Both the position numbers and the translations under genes were made by a program. The notes beneath the pieces were generated by a model. The model was not told where the DNA came from and did no database searches. It saw only the letters and a list, made by a program, of their open reading frames with translations. From Eledone cirrhosa (lineage: Eukaryota), in assembly GCA_964016885.1 (NCBI GenBank), contig OZ024747.1, positions 21,080,001-21,144,000 on the forward strand: a DNA stretch of 64,000 nucleotides. Direction: 5' to 3'. Of the stretch, positions 12,534 to 25,438 are shown piece after piece. Positions within the stretch are counted from its first letter, which is position 1. The number at the start of each line of letters is the position of its first letter.

Positions 12534-13723
12534 GGTAAACAGTAAAAATAACAAATTAAAACCTATGGTTATGAAAAGTCACGTGTGCTTGTTGCTGCAA
12601 ATCATGTACACATGTCTATGTGTGTGGGCGCCTTTAATCTTGTGCTGAATTATTTCCCTTTGGTTAAGCTCTTCTTTTAATGTTATGTAACTAGTAAGAT
12701 AATCTAGAGGTCCACAAAAGGATTTCTTGAAAGCAATCAGTCTACCCAAGTGTTCTTTTAAATTTGCAGCATCATTGGGCTTTTTCCTAATTTTTCAAGA
12801 AAATTAGAGTTGGTATTAATTTCTGTTTGTTTTGTTCCTATATTGCACAGATTAAACTAGCCTTGAGTTTAAATGATTAATTAATTTTTAATTATTATTA
12901 TTTTTTAATTTACAGATTTCTAAATGCTATTTATCATATAATATCACCTGTTTATCTTTTAAATGTTTATTTTAATAGCTGTTAGCTGTTATATCTTCAT
13001 GAGACAGATCTGTGGATTTTTTTCCCTTTTGTTCAGTCATTCTTGCAAGTTATGACCTTATTTTTTATTATATGTATTTATTTTCTATTGATAATTTTTG
13101 TTATATTTATTTCTATATTTATTTCTAATGGGTTGAATCGTTTGGCTGTATACTTTCACTATTGATTGAAGTTTTTGAATGGATTATAACTAAATTCAGA
13201 GATTTCTTTTCTTGCGTTTAGTAGTAACTTTCTTTTCAAGATTTTTTCTTTTGTTTTTGTTTTTTTCGTGTATTCTCAACGAATCTGACCTCCAAACCCT
13301 TCAGAAATGACTCTTTTTTAGAAAACGAAGTTTGGGTATGACACGCAGAATTTCGCATATCTACACCCTCCTCTCGTTTGATGGAACATTTCCTTTCATA
13401 GGGCTTTTTCGAGTGTTTTCAATGAATCCTTTCTTCAAAATATTCAGCAATTATTTGTCCTTTTTTTTATTTATATGTGTGCGTGTGCTTGTGGGTCAGG
13501 GACTCAAAGTGTTTTTTTTTGTTTTTTACAATTAGACCTGTCTTGTGTTAGAAGTGAAATGTTTTTCCAATGTGTAGATATTTTGATCGAATACATGGTT
13601 TTTGCATCTAAGTATGCATCTTTGAAACCAGGGTTAGTTTACACATGCGTCAAATAAATTCAGCAAGTTTATGCATTCATGCATGCATCAACTAAATTTA
13701 GCTTGTTGACGCAACTTCATATA

Positions 13724-14178
13724 TGATAAGTTTCAAAAAGCGAGTACAATGAGGCAGAAATATTTAAAGGGGAAAAGTTAACAAATAAAACAAAACAAAA
13801 TGATAATTCAGGGCTTTTACAATCCTTTCAAATGTGAAATGGAAACAGTTCAAAACAAAAACGAATGATCGATGTGTTCATTCTTAACTGGTCTGCGTAT
13901 CTGAAAGACGTATGCCTCAAGTCATTATAGTATTCAATAGAAATGCATGAAGCATATTGGCTACTTTAACGACTTCACATGCGTATTTCAGACTCTTAGA
14001 CCAGTTAAGAACACACCAATTATTCGGTTTTGCTTTGAACTGTTTGTTTCTGTTTCAAATGAGGGTAATAGCCCTGAAATATCTTGTTGAAATATGCTGG
14101 GGAAAACATTACTTTGTTTGTCATCCTTTGCCCTTTATATATTTCTACTGCATTGCATTGGCTTTTTAAAACTTATCA
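13724..14178. mobile_element. Old ~455-bp imperfect fold-back element (MITE-like)
   Basis: tgataagtttcaaaaagc...cagggct...aaacagttcaaa...tcttaactggtc is mirrored by gaccagttaaga...tttgaactgttt...agccctg...gctttttaaaacttatca. Confidence 0.7.
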
Positions 14179-14540
14179 GTCATTTATTACATATCTCTCA
14201 ATGCTTAGTATCGACTATACTAATATATATATTATATTATAAATAGCACAAATACAGTAGAAACAGTATGGGAATGGTGACAAAAAAAACAACAAAAAAC
14301 AGGAAATTAATTAACAAAACACAGACAACAAATGAATCTCATCATCAAGCCTATCAAGTATCATGATTCCAATATCTTTAGATCCGACCAATTCATGGAC
14401 AGTGTAGATAATGTTAAGATCTTGTTTTATACACTACTTGGAGAATTATACAAGTGGATGTGTAAATGTGTCAAACAATCCACAAACCTGTATGAAATGG
14501 ATGTTCAAAACATGCTATTAGCATATGATGATGATGATGA

Positions 14541-14644
14541 TATAGGGTGTCCCCGCAAAATGTATACACACTTTGATTACCTGTACAGGCAATATTTATT
14601 AGAATGCTGTTGAAGTGTGTATGTATTTTTTTTTAGACACTGTA
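14541..14644. mobile_element. Tc1/mariner-type MITE
   Basis: TA-flanked imperfect TIRs: tagggtgtcccc..aaaatgtatacacactt / aagtgtgtatgtatttttt..gacactg. Confidence 0.6.
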
Positions 14645-14874
14645 TATATATGGGTACTGTTTATAACACCGCATTACAGAATCACTAACACTAAATGTTA
14701 GAATATTGATAAAGAACACCACTGACAGCTTGAAAACTATCTGAATATATATTTCAGGAAAAAATAACTAATAAAATCCATAGAATTTAAAAGAGGGCTT
14801 TACTTGACAAACATGTTTTCTAAAAGGAGAAAAATTTATAATTTTGAGATATTTCTTTAATAAATTTACAGCTT

Positions 14875-14994
<120 letters not shown>

Positions 14995-14995
14995 G

Positions 14996-15046
<51 letters not shown>

Positions 15047-15047
15047 G

Positions 15048-15092
<45 letters not shown>

Positions 15093-15093
15093 G

Positions 15094-15144
<51 letters not shown>

Positions 15145-15145
15145 G

Positions 15146-15177
<32 letters not shown>

Positions 15178-15209
15178 AATAAATGTATATATATATATAT
15201 AAATAAATG

Positions 15210-15241
<32 letters not shown>

Positions 15242-15253
15242 TATAAATAAATG

Positions 15254-15285
<32 letters not shown>

Positions 15286-15297
15286 TATAAATAAATG

Positions 15298-15329
<32 letters not shown>

Positions 15330-15345
15330 TAAATAAATGTATATA

Positions 15346-15417
<72 letters not shown>

Positions 15418-15432
15418 TATCTACACATACAC

Positions 15433-15474
<42 letters not shown>

Positions 15475-15763
15475 ACACATACACGTATATATATATATAT
15501 ATCTACACATACACATATATATATATACGTGTATGTGTAGAGATGGAATCTGCAGTGTTGAGACTGAGATCTCAAATCATCAGGAGATGCAGAGTGGATA
15601 TAGAGAAACGTATGATCCCGACCATTTGGTGCCGGAGTTCAGTCATCAGGGTCCTGAATCTTTTCATATATATATACATGCCTATTTTAAGTTGACCGTA
15701 TGAAGTCTATTTTTTGGGGTATGTGACTGTCTTCTTCATCATCATCATCATCATCAAATATTG

Positions 15764-15823
15764 TATTTTATCTGATGAAAGCATACTATAAATTAGTATC
15801 CTAGAAATATATATAATGAAATA
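15764..15823 (+). ncRNA. Minimal hammerhead ribozyme (degenerate stem II)
   Basis: tattttat CTGATGA aagcatacta-taaat-tagtatccta GAAA tatata TA atgaaata. Stem I is shared with the 42165/46926 family. Confidence 0.65.
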
Positions 15824-15866
15824 AATATGATGCTATAGTGATATATTTTCCATTTATTACTATTAT

Positions 15867-15904
<38 letters not shown>

Positions 15905-15938
15905 ATTTTGTCTATTATATTCCCTTGTTATATTTCGA

Positions 15939-15996
15939 ATACCTGATGATGTCACCGGATTCATACTGAACCCAGTCATTGAAATGATCATAGTAT
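15939..15996 (+). ncRNA. Minimal hammerhead ribozyme
   Basis: atac CTGATGA [tg..ggattca tac tgaaccc..ca tt] GAAA tgatca TA gtat. Stem III atgatcat is palindromic. Confidence 0.7.
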
Positions 15997-16462
15997 AATA
16001 AACCTTTTAAGGAATTACACCAGTCCAGACTCCTGTTATTTTATATTAATTAACTCTGTACTCGCACCACCAACTATACAAACGAAAATGGGTGAGTTGC
16101 ATTACGTTGAGTGTTCTCCATAATATTACATCGAGGTTGACCATACGGAATGACCAGTTCTATTCAGTGGTGAACCAACAAACCTAAATAAATATATATA
16201 TATATATATATATATATGAAAATAGGGAGAAAAAGACGATTATTAGGAAGAAAAATATATTTTTCCCTTTTATTTTTTTCTCTTTTTTCTGAGTTAGAAA
16301 ATGTTTAAAACAAAATATTTTACTTTGTGTGAAGTATTAATTTATTTACTAATTAACAATGGCATTTATTTATTTATTTATTTATTTATATATTTAATAA
16401 TTGTCTATTACTGGTTTCAGCATTTTATGCATTATCAAAGGGGGAATTTGTATTGGTGTAAA

Positions 16463-16490
<28 letters not shown>

Positions 16491-16493
<3 letters not shown>

Positions 16494-16678
16494 ATTGTTT
16501 CTACTTTTGGCACAAGGCCAGCAATTATTCCAGTATATTACTGGTACTTTATTTTATCGACCCCGTAAGGATGAAAGGCAAAGTTAACCTCGGCGGGATT
16601 TGAACTCAGATCGTAAAGGGACATAACTATGCTGGAAAGCATGTCCGACACTCTACCGATACTGCCAATTCACCGCCC
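16491..16678 (-). mobile_element. SINE family A
   Basis: Full reverse-complement copy ending ...ctgccaattcaccgccc. Confidence 0.9.
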
Positions 16679-17151
16679 TTATATATGTATATATCCGCCA
16701 TTATATATGTATATATAATGATGTTGACAACGATGGATGCATGTGCGCCAAAATTGCTACTTTTTTTTTTTGCACCTTTTAGTGTGTGTGTCTCTTGTGA
16801 GACACTAAACCTACTCTGCTTTCACAAACCAGACCACATCTTTCATACACAAAATGTTGAACAGAGACTTTATTATTTTGACCTTGCCTGTAATTATTTA
16901 GGTGCTTCATCTTTCTGTTCACATGGCTCTTGGTGCCACTTTGACATGTTTTCCTCCACTTGTTACAGTCAGTAACATTCTTCAAATTGATGCTTGATTC
17001 CAGTGTTTGATATTATCTTTATTCTCTCGCTCTTTTTTACACATATATGTTTGAGTGTATGTCCGTGTATATATGTATTTATATGTGTGTGTGTGTGTGT
17101 GTGTGTATCCTGGGTTCAATCGGGGGTAATCACAGTAAGTAAGGGATCAAG

Positions 17152-17202
17152 GGCTTTCCTGATGATTTCCTTCAAATGAAACAGTCTAGTCCTGTAGAAG
17201 CC
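17152..17202 (+). ncRNA. Hammerhead ribozyme with 4-bp stem III
   Basis: ggctttc CTGATGA tttccttcaaat GAAA cag-tctagtc-ctg TA gaagcc. Stem I has one bulge and stem II is weak. Confidence 0.6.
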
Positions 17203-17246
17203 ATTTCTATATTAAACATATATATATCATCATCATCATCATCTTC

Positions 17247-17277
<31 letters not shown>

Positions 17278-17280
<3 letters not shown>

Positions 17281-17641
17281 TCATCATCATCATCATCATT
17301 TTATGTCTGCTCTTCCCTGCTTGCAAGGGTTGGATGGGTCCTATTCAGCACAGCATCTCTCCTCTTGTCACGGCCTTTCATCATCTCCTCGGTGAGTTTC
17401 AGCGATCTGAGGTCTGCTCTCACCACCTCCGCCCATGTTTTTTGTGGTCTACCTCTACTGCGTCTTCCTTCCACTGGGATTTCTTGGCACTTCTTTACAC
17501 AGTGGTCATCCTCCATGGGCATCACATGTCCATCTCAGCCTTCTCTCCTGCACACCACAACTTATCCCTCTTATACCCAGTTTCTTTCTCAACTCATCTA
17601 AGCTTGGTCGTTCAAGCACATTGACATTGCAACGGAGCATA
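17278..17641 (-). mobile_element. RTE LINE 3' fragment (short-UTR subfamily)
   Basis: MLRCNVNVLERPS..LRKKLGIRGI..QERRLRW and CVKKCQEIPVEGRRSRGRPQKTW, with a (GAT)n tail. Homolog of 46135-46839. Confidence 0.85.
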
Positions 17642-18420
17642 CAATATATATATGTATACACATGTGTGTGTATATACATGTATATATAAATATATGTATG
17701 TATATAATTCATATATATATATATATAGTGATTGTATTGGCGCTGTGATAAAATGCTCCCACTACACACAGTAAAGTGATTGGTGTTAGGAAGGGTGTCC
17801 ATATGAGCAAGACATGGTCACCTGACATGCCAAGTCTCATAATGTAACAGCCCATCTAAACCTATGCAAGCATGGAAAATGTACATTAAATGGCAATAAT
17901 GATGAAGGAATTATTAAATTGGGTTTTGTTACATAGAACCAGAGGCAGTTTTGCGCAGGTTGGTATCAAAAGGGTTAAATTGATAAACTTCAATATCACA
18001 CAGGAGATGGTCAAAAGTCAAATATATATATAGATATGCCACACATGTCATAGTGGTGCCTTTTGATCACAAATGATCAAATATGAAATTCTTTCCTCAA
18101 ACTACAAGGAACAGTAGCAGATGAAAGAAATATTTTCCTGAATGATTCAATGCAGGTAATTTTATCAGTAAAACCAGATAACTTCATCTGAAAAACTAGG
18201 TAAATTTTAAATGGTTTAATTATAAACACTGAAAAAGAAAACCACATTGGGAATTCCCACAACACATATTATGAATGAGTCACAATAACTTATCTACACA
18301 TTCAAATCATTAAAAATAAATGTTCGTGTATGATATAGCATAAAACCATATGTACATGCAAACACACACATACACACATACATTCATACATAATATACAA
18401 ATATATATACAAGTAGATAA

Positions 18421-18515
<95 letters not shown>

Positions 18516-18861
18516 TATATATATGTATATATATATTTATATATTCATATGAGTTTTTCCCATTCACCATATTCAGAATGTTAGACTTTCTCTCTCTAGC
18601 TAGCTCTTTCTCTTAATATATATATGTGTGTGTGAGTGTATGTATGCATGTACCATCATCATATTCATATATATATATATATATATTTATATATAAGTAT
18701 GTATACGTACATACATATATGTATACGTACGTACATATATATATCGTTTTCGGTACCCTGGTCGATTAACTAACTCGATATGCAAATTAGGCTGCTCAGC
18801 CGTTAATATGCATAAGGAAAGTATATACTTTCAGACGTTCAACCATCTGGCAGGAAGGTAT

Positions 18862-18904
18862 ACGTTGCTGACGATAGCTAATAAGCTTGAAACTAGTACA
18901 GCGT
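18862..18904 (+). ncRNA. Minimal hammerhead ribozyme
   Basis: acgttg CTGACGA t agct aata agct t GAAA ctag TA cagcgt. Stem III actagt is palindromic. Confidence 0.8.
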
Positions 18905-19030
18905 TCCTTTGTCAGTGTTGAACAAATGAGCAACGATGGTTGCTAGACACTGTACGGCTTAATACGGGATGTTTGTTTACAAACACACCGAGCGTTATAA
19001 TAAATGTTTGGTGAATCCATACGTACAGTA

Positions 19031-19078
<48 letters not shown>

Positions 19079-19323
19079 TACTGTACGTCTGTATACATAT
19101 ATTTATGTACGTATACATACTTATATTTAAGTAACAGCCGTACTAAGAGTGAAAAATGAAATTTCGTTTCATTTTTTCTGTTTATATTTATATATATATA
19201 GACATACACTCACACACACAGAGATATGGATACATGTATAATATACAAATATACATAGAAATAGATAAGTATATATATATATATATATTCATGAGTGGTT
19301 CCCACTCACTACATTCAGAATGT

Positions 19324-19374
<51 letters not shown>

Positions 19375-19523
19375 CCCCCTCTCTCTCTAGCTAGCTAGTT
19401 CTTTCTCCTTATATATAAATATATATATAAGCTTCACTGTTTTTAACATCTATTTTTCATGCTTCCATGGTTTAAATGAGCTGTCATGTTATGAGACCAG
19501 ACAGGTCAGGTGATCACATCTTG

Positions 19524-19616
<93 letters not shown>

Positions 19617-19617
19617 A

Positions 19618-19666
<49 letters not shown>

Positions 19667-19678
19667 GCATATATATAC

Positions 19679-19722
<44 letters not shown>

Positions 19723-19744
19723 GTGTATATATGCATATATATAC

Positions 19745-19777
<33 letters not shown>

Positions 19778-19842
19778 TATACATATATATGTGTATATAT
19801 GTGTATACATATAAATATATATATATATCATCATCATCATCG

Positions 19843-19888
<46 letters not shown>

Positions 19889-19926
19889 GTATATACATAT
19901 ATACATATATACATATATATATATAC

Positions 19927-19979
<53 letters not shown>

Positions 19980-20674
19980 GGAAGTCAGACGTTAAACAGT
20001 CCATGTCTGTCTGTCTCTTAGTGTGTGTGTATGGATGAAAGTAAGAAATATGTAAAGTATCTAAAAAACATGATACCATGATATATGTTCAACCATGAAG
20101 TAAAAAATATATAAAATAATGAAACAATTATACAAAAACATACAAAAATAACGAATCATATTGATATTGATGCGACGAAGCAAGGGGAGGGGAAGACAGC
20201 ATTGCAAGAATAGATACAAAGGTAACATATATTAACACCTGTGCTCTTTGATCTCGACCTCATTGATTTCTCTAATTAATTTATCAGTTTTATAATCGTA
20301 TCCTAATTGTCTCTCATTGCTACTAGACTAGCTGCTTATTTATTAACTGTGGTTTGGATGTCTTTGAATTCTTTGGTTTCTCTCTCTCTCTCTCTTTCTC
20401 TCCAGCTCTGAGGGATCAGAGGCTATCCCCAAACCAATGTGGGTGGAAGTAAGGAGATAATGGATGGTGGTGGCGGTGGTGATGATGATAAGACTGTAAA
20501 CTAATGACAGAGGGAAGGAAGAGGAGAGTGGGCACAAGAAAAAGAGAGAAAGATCAAGAGAGAGGTGGAGAGAGAATGAGTGAAAGAAGGAGGGAAGATG
20601 GAAAGAGATAAAGAGAGCAAGATTACAACAGGACTTTAATATAAGTTGCATACCTATCATCATCATCATTTAAC

Positions 20675-20864
20675 AGTTTCTATTTTGGGCACAAGGCCAG
20701 CAATTATCCCAGTGCATTACTGGTACTTTATTTTATCAACCCCGTAAGAATGAAAAGCAAAGTTAACCTCGGCAGGGCAGGATTTGAACTCAGACCATAA
20801 AGGGACGTAAGTCTATGCGGCAAAGCATGGTGTCCAACTCTCTACTGATACTGCCAATCCACCG
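20675..20864 (-). mobile_element. SINE family A inserted into an RTE 3' tail remnant
   Basis: Splits catcatcatttaaca | aacatccattttccatgctagcatgggtt. Confidence 0.85.
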
Positions 20865-21612
20865 AACATCCATTTTCCATGCTAGCATGGGTTATGAATG
20901 TGTAAAATTAAAGTTTCATAATTTTGCTCAATACAGATGCATTCCTCACGTTCTTATGCGGTTATAATTTACTTCTTATATTAAAAAGGTTTTCCCCATC
21001 TCTGACAAAGTGGCTCCCTTGTTGACTTAAAAAAAAAAAAAACTGTTAGTTTATGCTACTGATAGCAATTTTGGAATATATGTACATTATATTCTGTTTC
21101 AATTTTAGAAATTTACAAGTTTAGAATATATTTTGTTTTTATAAATTCAGTGTGAAATAAACATGTTAGTGTTCCATTGTGGTTATTGTCTCATGACTAA
21201 AACTAATAAAGGAGCAAAACAAAAAAATAAATGAGACATAATTTAGAAGAATCACACACAAATGACATGAAAGAGAATCAAACAACAGAGAAGGAGAATC
21301 CCACACAAATGTCATACATAGATAATCTTACATAAGTCTCATACATGGAGAAACATGCTCAAATGTCATACATGGAGAATGCCACACAAATGTCATACAT
21401 GGAGAATGCCATACAAGTGTCATACATGGAGAATGCCACACAAATGTCATACATGGAGAATCCCACACAAGTGTCATACAGGAAGATGAATTACACACAA
21501 GTGTTATACATGATGGAATATCCCACATGGTGAATCATCCTCAAATGTCATACACAAAGGAGAATCGAATATAAATCACACATGAAAAAAATAAACATAA
21601 GAAAGTAGAATT

Positions 21613-23462
21613 ATACACAAATGATTTATATGAATGATATCCATTCACAAATGATTTATATGAATGATATCCATACACAAATGATTTATATGAATGATAT
21701 CCATTCACAAATGATTTATATGAATGATATCCATACACAAATGATTTATATGAATGATATCCATACACAAATGATTTATATGAATGATATCCATTCACAA
21801 ATGATTTATATAAATGATATCCATACACAAATGATTTATATGAATGATATCCATACACAAATGATTTATATGAATGATATCCATACACAAATGATTTATA
21901 TGAATGATATCCATACACAAATGATTTATATGAATGATATCCATACACAAATGATTTATATGAATGAAATCCATTCACAAATGATTTATATGAATGATAT
22001 CCATACACAAATGATTTATATGAATGATATCCATACACAAATGATTTATATGAATGATATCCATTCACAAATGATTTATATGAATGATATCCATACACAA
22101 ATGATTTATATGAATGATATCCATACACAAATGATTTATATGAATGATATCCATTCACAAATGATTTATATGAATGATATCCATACACAAATGATTTATA
22201 TGAATGATATCCATTCACAAATGATTTATATGAATGATATCCATTCACAAATGATTTATATGAATGATATCCATACACAAATGATTTATATGAATGATAT
22301 CCATACACAAATGATTTATATGAATGATATCCATACACAAATGATTTATATGAATGATATCCATTCACAAATGATTTATATGAATGATATCCATACACAA
22401 ATGATTTATATGAATGATATCCATTCACAAATGATTTATATGAATGATATCCATTCACAAATGATTTATATGAATGATATCCATACACAAATGATTTATA
22501 TGAATGATATCCATACACAAATGATTTATATGAATGATATCCATTCACAAATGATTTATATGAATGATATCCATACACAAATGATTTATATGAATGATAT
22601 CCATTCACAAATGATTTATATGAATGATATCCATACACAAATGATTTATATGAATGATATCCATACACAAATGATTTATATGAATGATATCCATTCACAA
22701 ATGATTTATATGAATGATATCCATACACAAATGATTTATATGAATGATATCCATACACAAATGATTTATATAAATGATATCCATACACAAATGATATATA
22801 TGAATGATATCCATTCACAAATGATTTATATGAATGATATCCATTCACAAATGATATATATGAATGATATCCATACACAAATGATTTATATGAATGATAT
22901 CCATTCACAAATGATTTATATGAATGATATCCATTCACAAATGATTTATATGAATGAAATCCATACACAAATGATTTATATGAATGATATCCATACACAA
23001 ATGATTTATATGAATGATATCCATACACAAATGATTTATATGAATGATATCCATTCACAAATGATTTATATGAATGATATCCATACACAAATGATTTATA
23101 TGAATGATATCCATACACAAATGATTTATATGAATGATATCCATTCACAAATGATTTATATGAATGAAATCCATACACAAATGATTTATATAAATGATAT
23201 CCATACACAAATGATATATATGAATGATATCCATACACAAATGATTTATATGAATGATATCCATTCACAAATGATTTATATGAATGATATCCATTCACAA
23301 ATGATTTATATGAATGAAATCCATACACAAATGATTTATATGAATGATATCCATTCACAAATGATTTATATGAATGAAATCCATTCACAAATGATATATA
23401 TGAATGATATCCATTCACAAATGATTTATATGAATGAAATCCATTCACAAATGATTTATATG
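21613..23462. repeat. 30-bp minisatellite, ~61 copies, with degenerate 27-bp related units upstream (~21290-21540)
   Basis: Unit aaatgatttatatgaatgatatccat(a/t)cac with only four variable positions. Confidence 0.97.
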
Positions 23463-24849
23463 AGAGAGAATGTAACATTGATGACATAGATACAAGACAA
23501 TCAAAGGCAATATGACATAGGAATGAAACAGAAATGACACATATCAAAGATATTCATACACAAATAACAACAGGATTGACACTCATGAAAGTTAATCATA
23601 TATAAATGATGCATGAGGGAAAATCAAGCACAAATGACATTTATCAAAGAAAATGAAAAGTGAATATCTAGTGAGTATTAACCCTCAAATTATTTTATTA
23701 AACTTTTTTTAAAAGAATTGTATCTGTTGGAAAGACTGAAGATTGTTCTGCTGATTCAAGCACAGAGAGAGAGAGGTGGAGAAAAAAAACTATTAAAGGC
23801 CCCCAGCCTACCCTGTAAAGTGTTTGTGCTGGAGTCATAGTCACATGCTTCCAGGACACTCTATAAAGTGGTTGGTATTAGGAAAGGTATCCAACTGTAG
23901 AAACCAAGTCAAAAATGGAGCGTACAAGCAGGACACCTGACCAATTTAGTTTCAGTACATGACAGCCCATCTAACCCATGGAAGCATGGAAAAGGAGAGG
24001 GAGAGGATGTAGAGGTGGAAATCAATGCCAAGAAGTTACTTATGCTACAATTGTTCTTGTCTGATGTTGAAAACCTTCAATGGTTTGCTTATTCAGTGAA
24101 TGCATGCAGGAAGGAATTAATAAATAAAGAACTGAAGAAATGTTTGCCCTACTCCAACCACCTAACCACTCACCACCACCTATTCCACCTACACTGCAAT
24201 AATAAAATGTATCTTTCTTGGAAAGTGTGGATGAGTGGGGCAGGGGTGTAATCTCAATTCAATATGCTTAGAAGAAAACAGCAGGAAAATGGAAGAAGAG
24301 AATGAGGAAGCAAAGAGGGAGGAGTTGGAAATTTAGAAATCCTTCATTTACTCACAGCATTGCTGTTGTCATATGTAACGAAAGGAGTCATTTGTATAAA
24401 AAAAAAAGAAACAGTGATGATGGTGATTACAATGATGATGATTATGATGATGGTAATGATGATGATGATGAAGTGACTAAGTTATGACTTCAAACTAGAA
24501 GCCTCTCTCCTAAAATCCTAAAACAAAAACAAAAATTAAATAGTAAGATGTAGGATAATGGTTGGTAGAGATTGAGGTTTGGAAAGCATTCACGGATTAT
24601 CTTTACTGCAAGGATAACACGCTTCATTTCAATATGGATTTACCAACCACCACACCAACCCACATTACCTCCAACTTCTACATTCGCATGCATACATACA
24701 CATACACTGATACACACAACAGCATCTTCATGTTTTTATCTCTCTGGTTTCTTCCTATCTTTTACACCCTCTCTCAATCTGTATGTTTATCTACCTATAA
24801 ATTATCCTATCTACCTATAAATTTGCCCATCACTCTTTCTATCTATCAA

Positions 24850-25350
24850 TATCTATTTATCCACTCTTATAGCCTTCCATACATTTGTTTATCTATCTAG
24901 TTACCCACCACTAAATGTAACCATCTGTCTATCTATCTATATACTTAGCCACTCTTCTAGCCTTCCATACATTTGTTTATCTATCTAATTACCCACCACT
25001 AAATCTAACCATCTTAAAGAAATTTATCTATCTATATCTTTATCCACTCTTATAGCCTTCCATACATTTATTTTATCTATCTAGTTACCCACCACTAAAT
25101 CTAACTATCTTTCTATCTATATATGTTTATCCCCTCTTATAGCCTTCCATACTTTTTTATCTATCTAGTTACCCACCACTAAATCTAACTATCTTTCTAT
25201 CTATATATGTTTATCCACTCTTATAGCCTTCCATACTTTTTTATCTATCTAGTTACCCACCACTAAATCTAACCATCTATCTATCAATATCTATTTATCC
25301 ACTCTTATAGCCTTCCATACATTTATTTATCTATCTAGTTACCCACCACA
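24850..25350. repeat. ~84-95-bp tandem repeat x6 with (TCTA)n spacers
   Basis: ccactcttatagccttccatac...tagttacccaccactaaatctaac recurs at about 24861, 24949, 25044, 25131, 25215 and 25299. Confidence 0.9.
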
Positions 25351-25369
25351 TTAAAGCTAACTATCTTTA

Positions 25370-25438
25370 TGTAAAACCCCCGCCATCATGTCTTGTAATG
25401 TCCCATTTCTGTACGCCCCTGTGGCAAATAAACAAAGA
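25370..25438 (+). mobile_element. Possible 3' tip of a Tx1-like LINE followed by (TCTA)n
   Basis: gtcttgtaatgtcccatttctgtacgcccctgtggcaaataaacaaaga resembles the 3' end of the Tx1 element at 58439-58486. Confidence 0.45.

Noticed and set aside
13130-13460. Lys-rich partly open frame on the minus strand
   Set aside because: It is interrupted by stops and has no identifiable motif or termini.
21613-23462. 30-bp array as a CRISPR array
   Set aside because: Units are head-to-tail with no unique spacers, there are no cas genes, and the context is eukaryotic.
21621-23489. Reflectin or suckerin-like protein
   Set aside because: It is Met/Tyr-rich but has no MD(X)5MD reflectin motif, no GGY/Ala-rich modules and no signal peptide.
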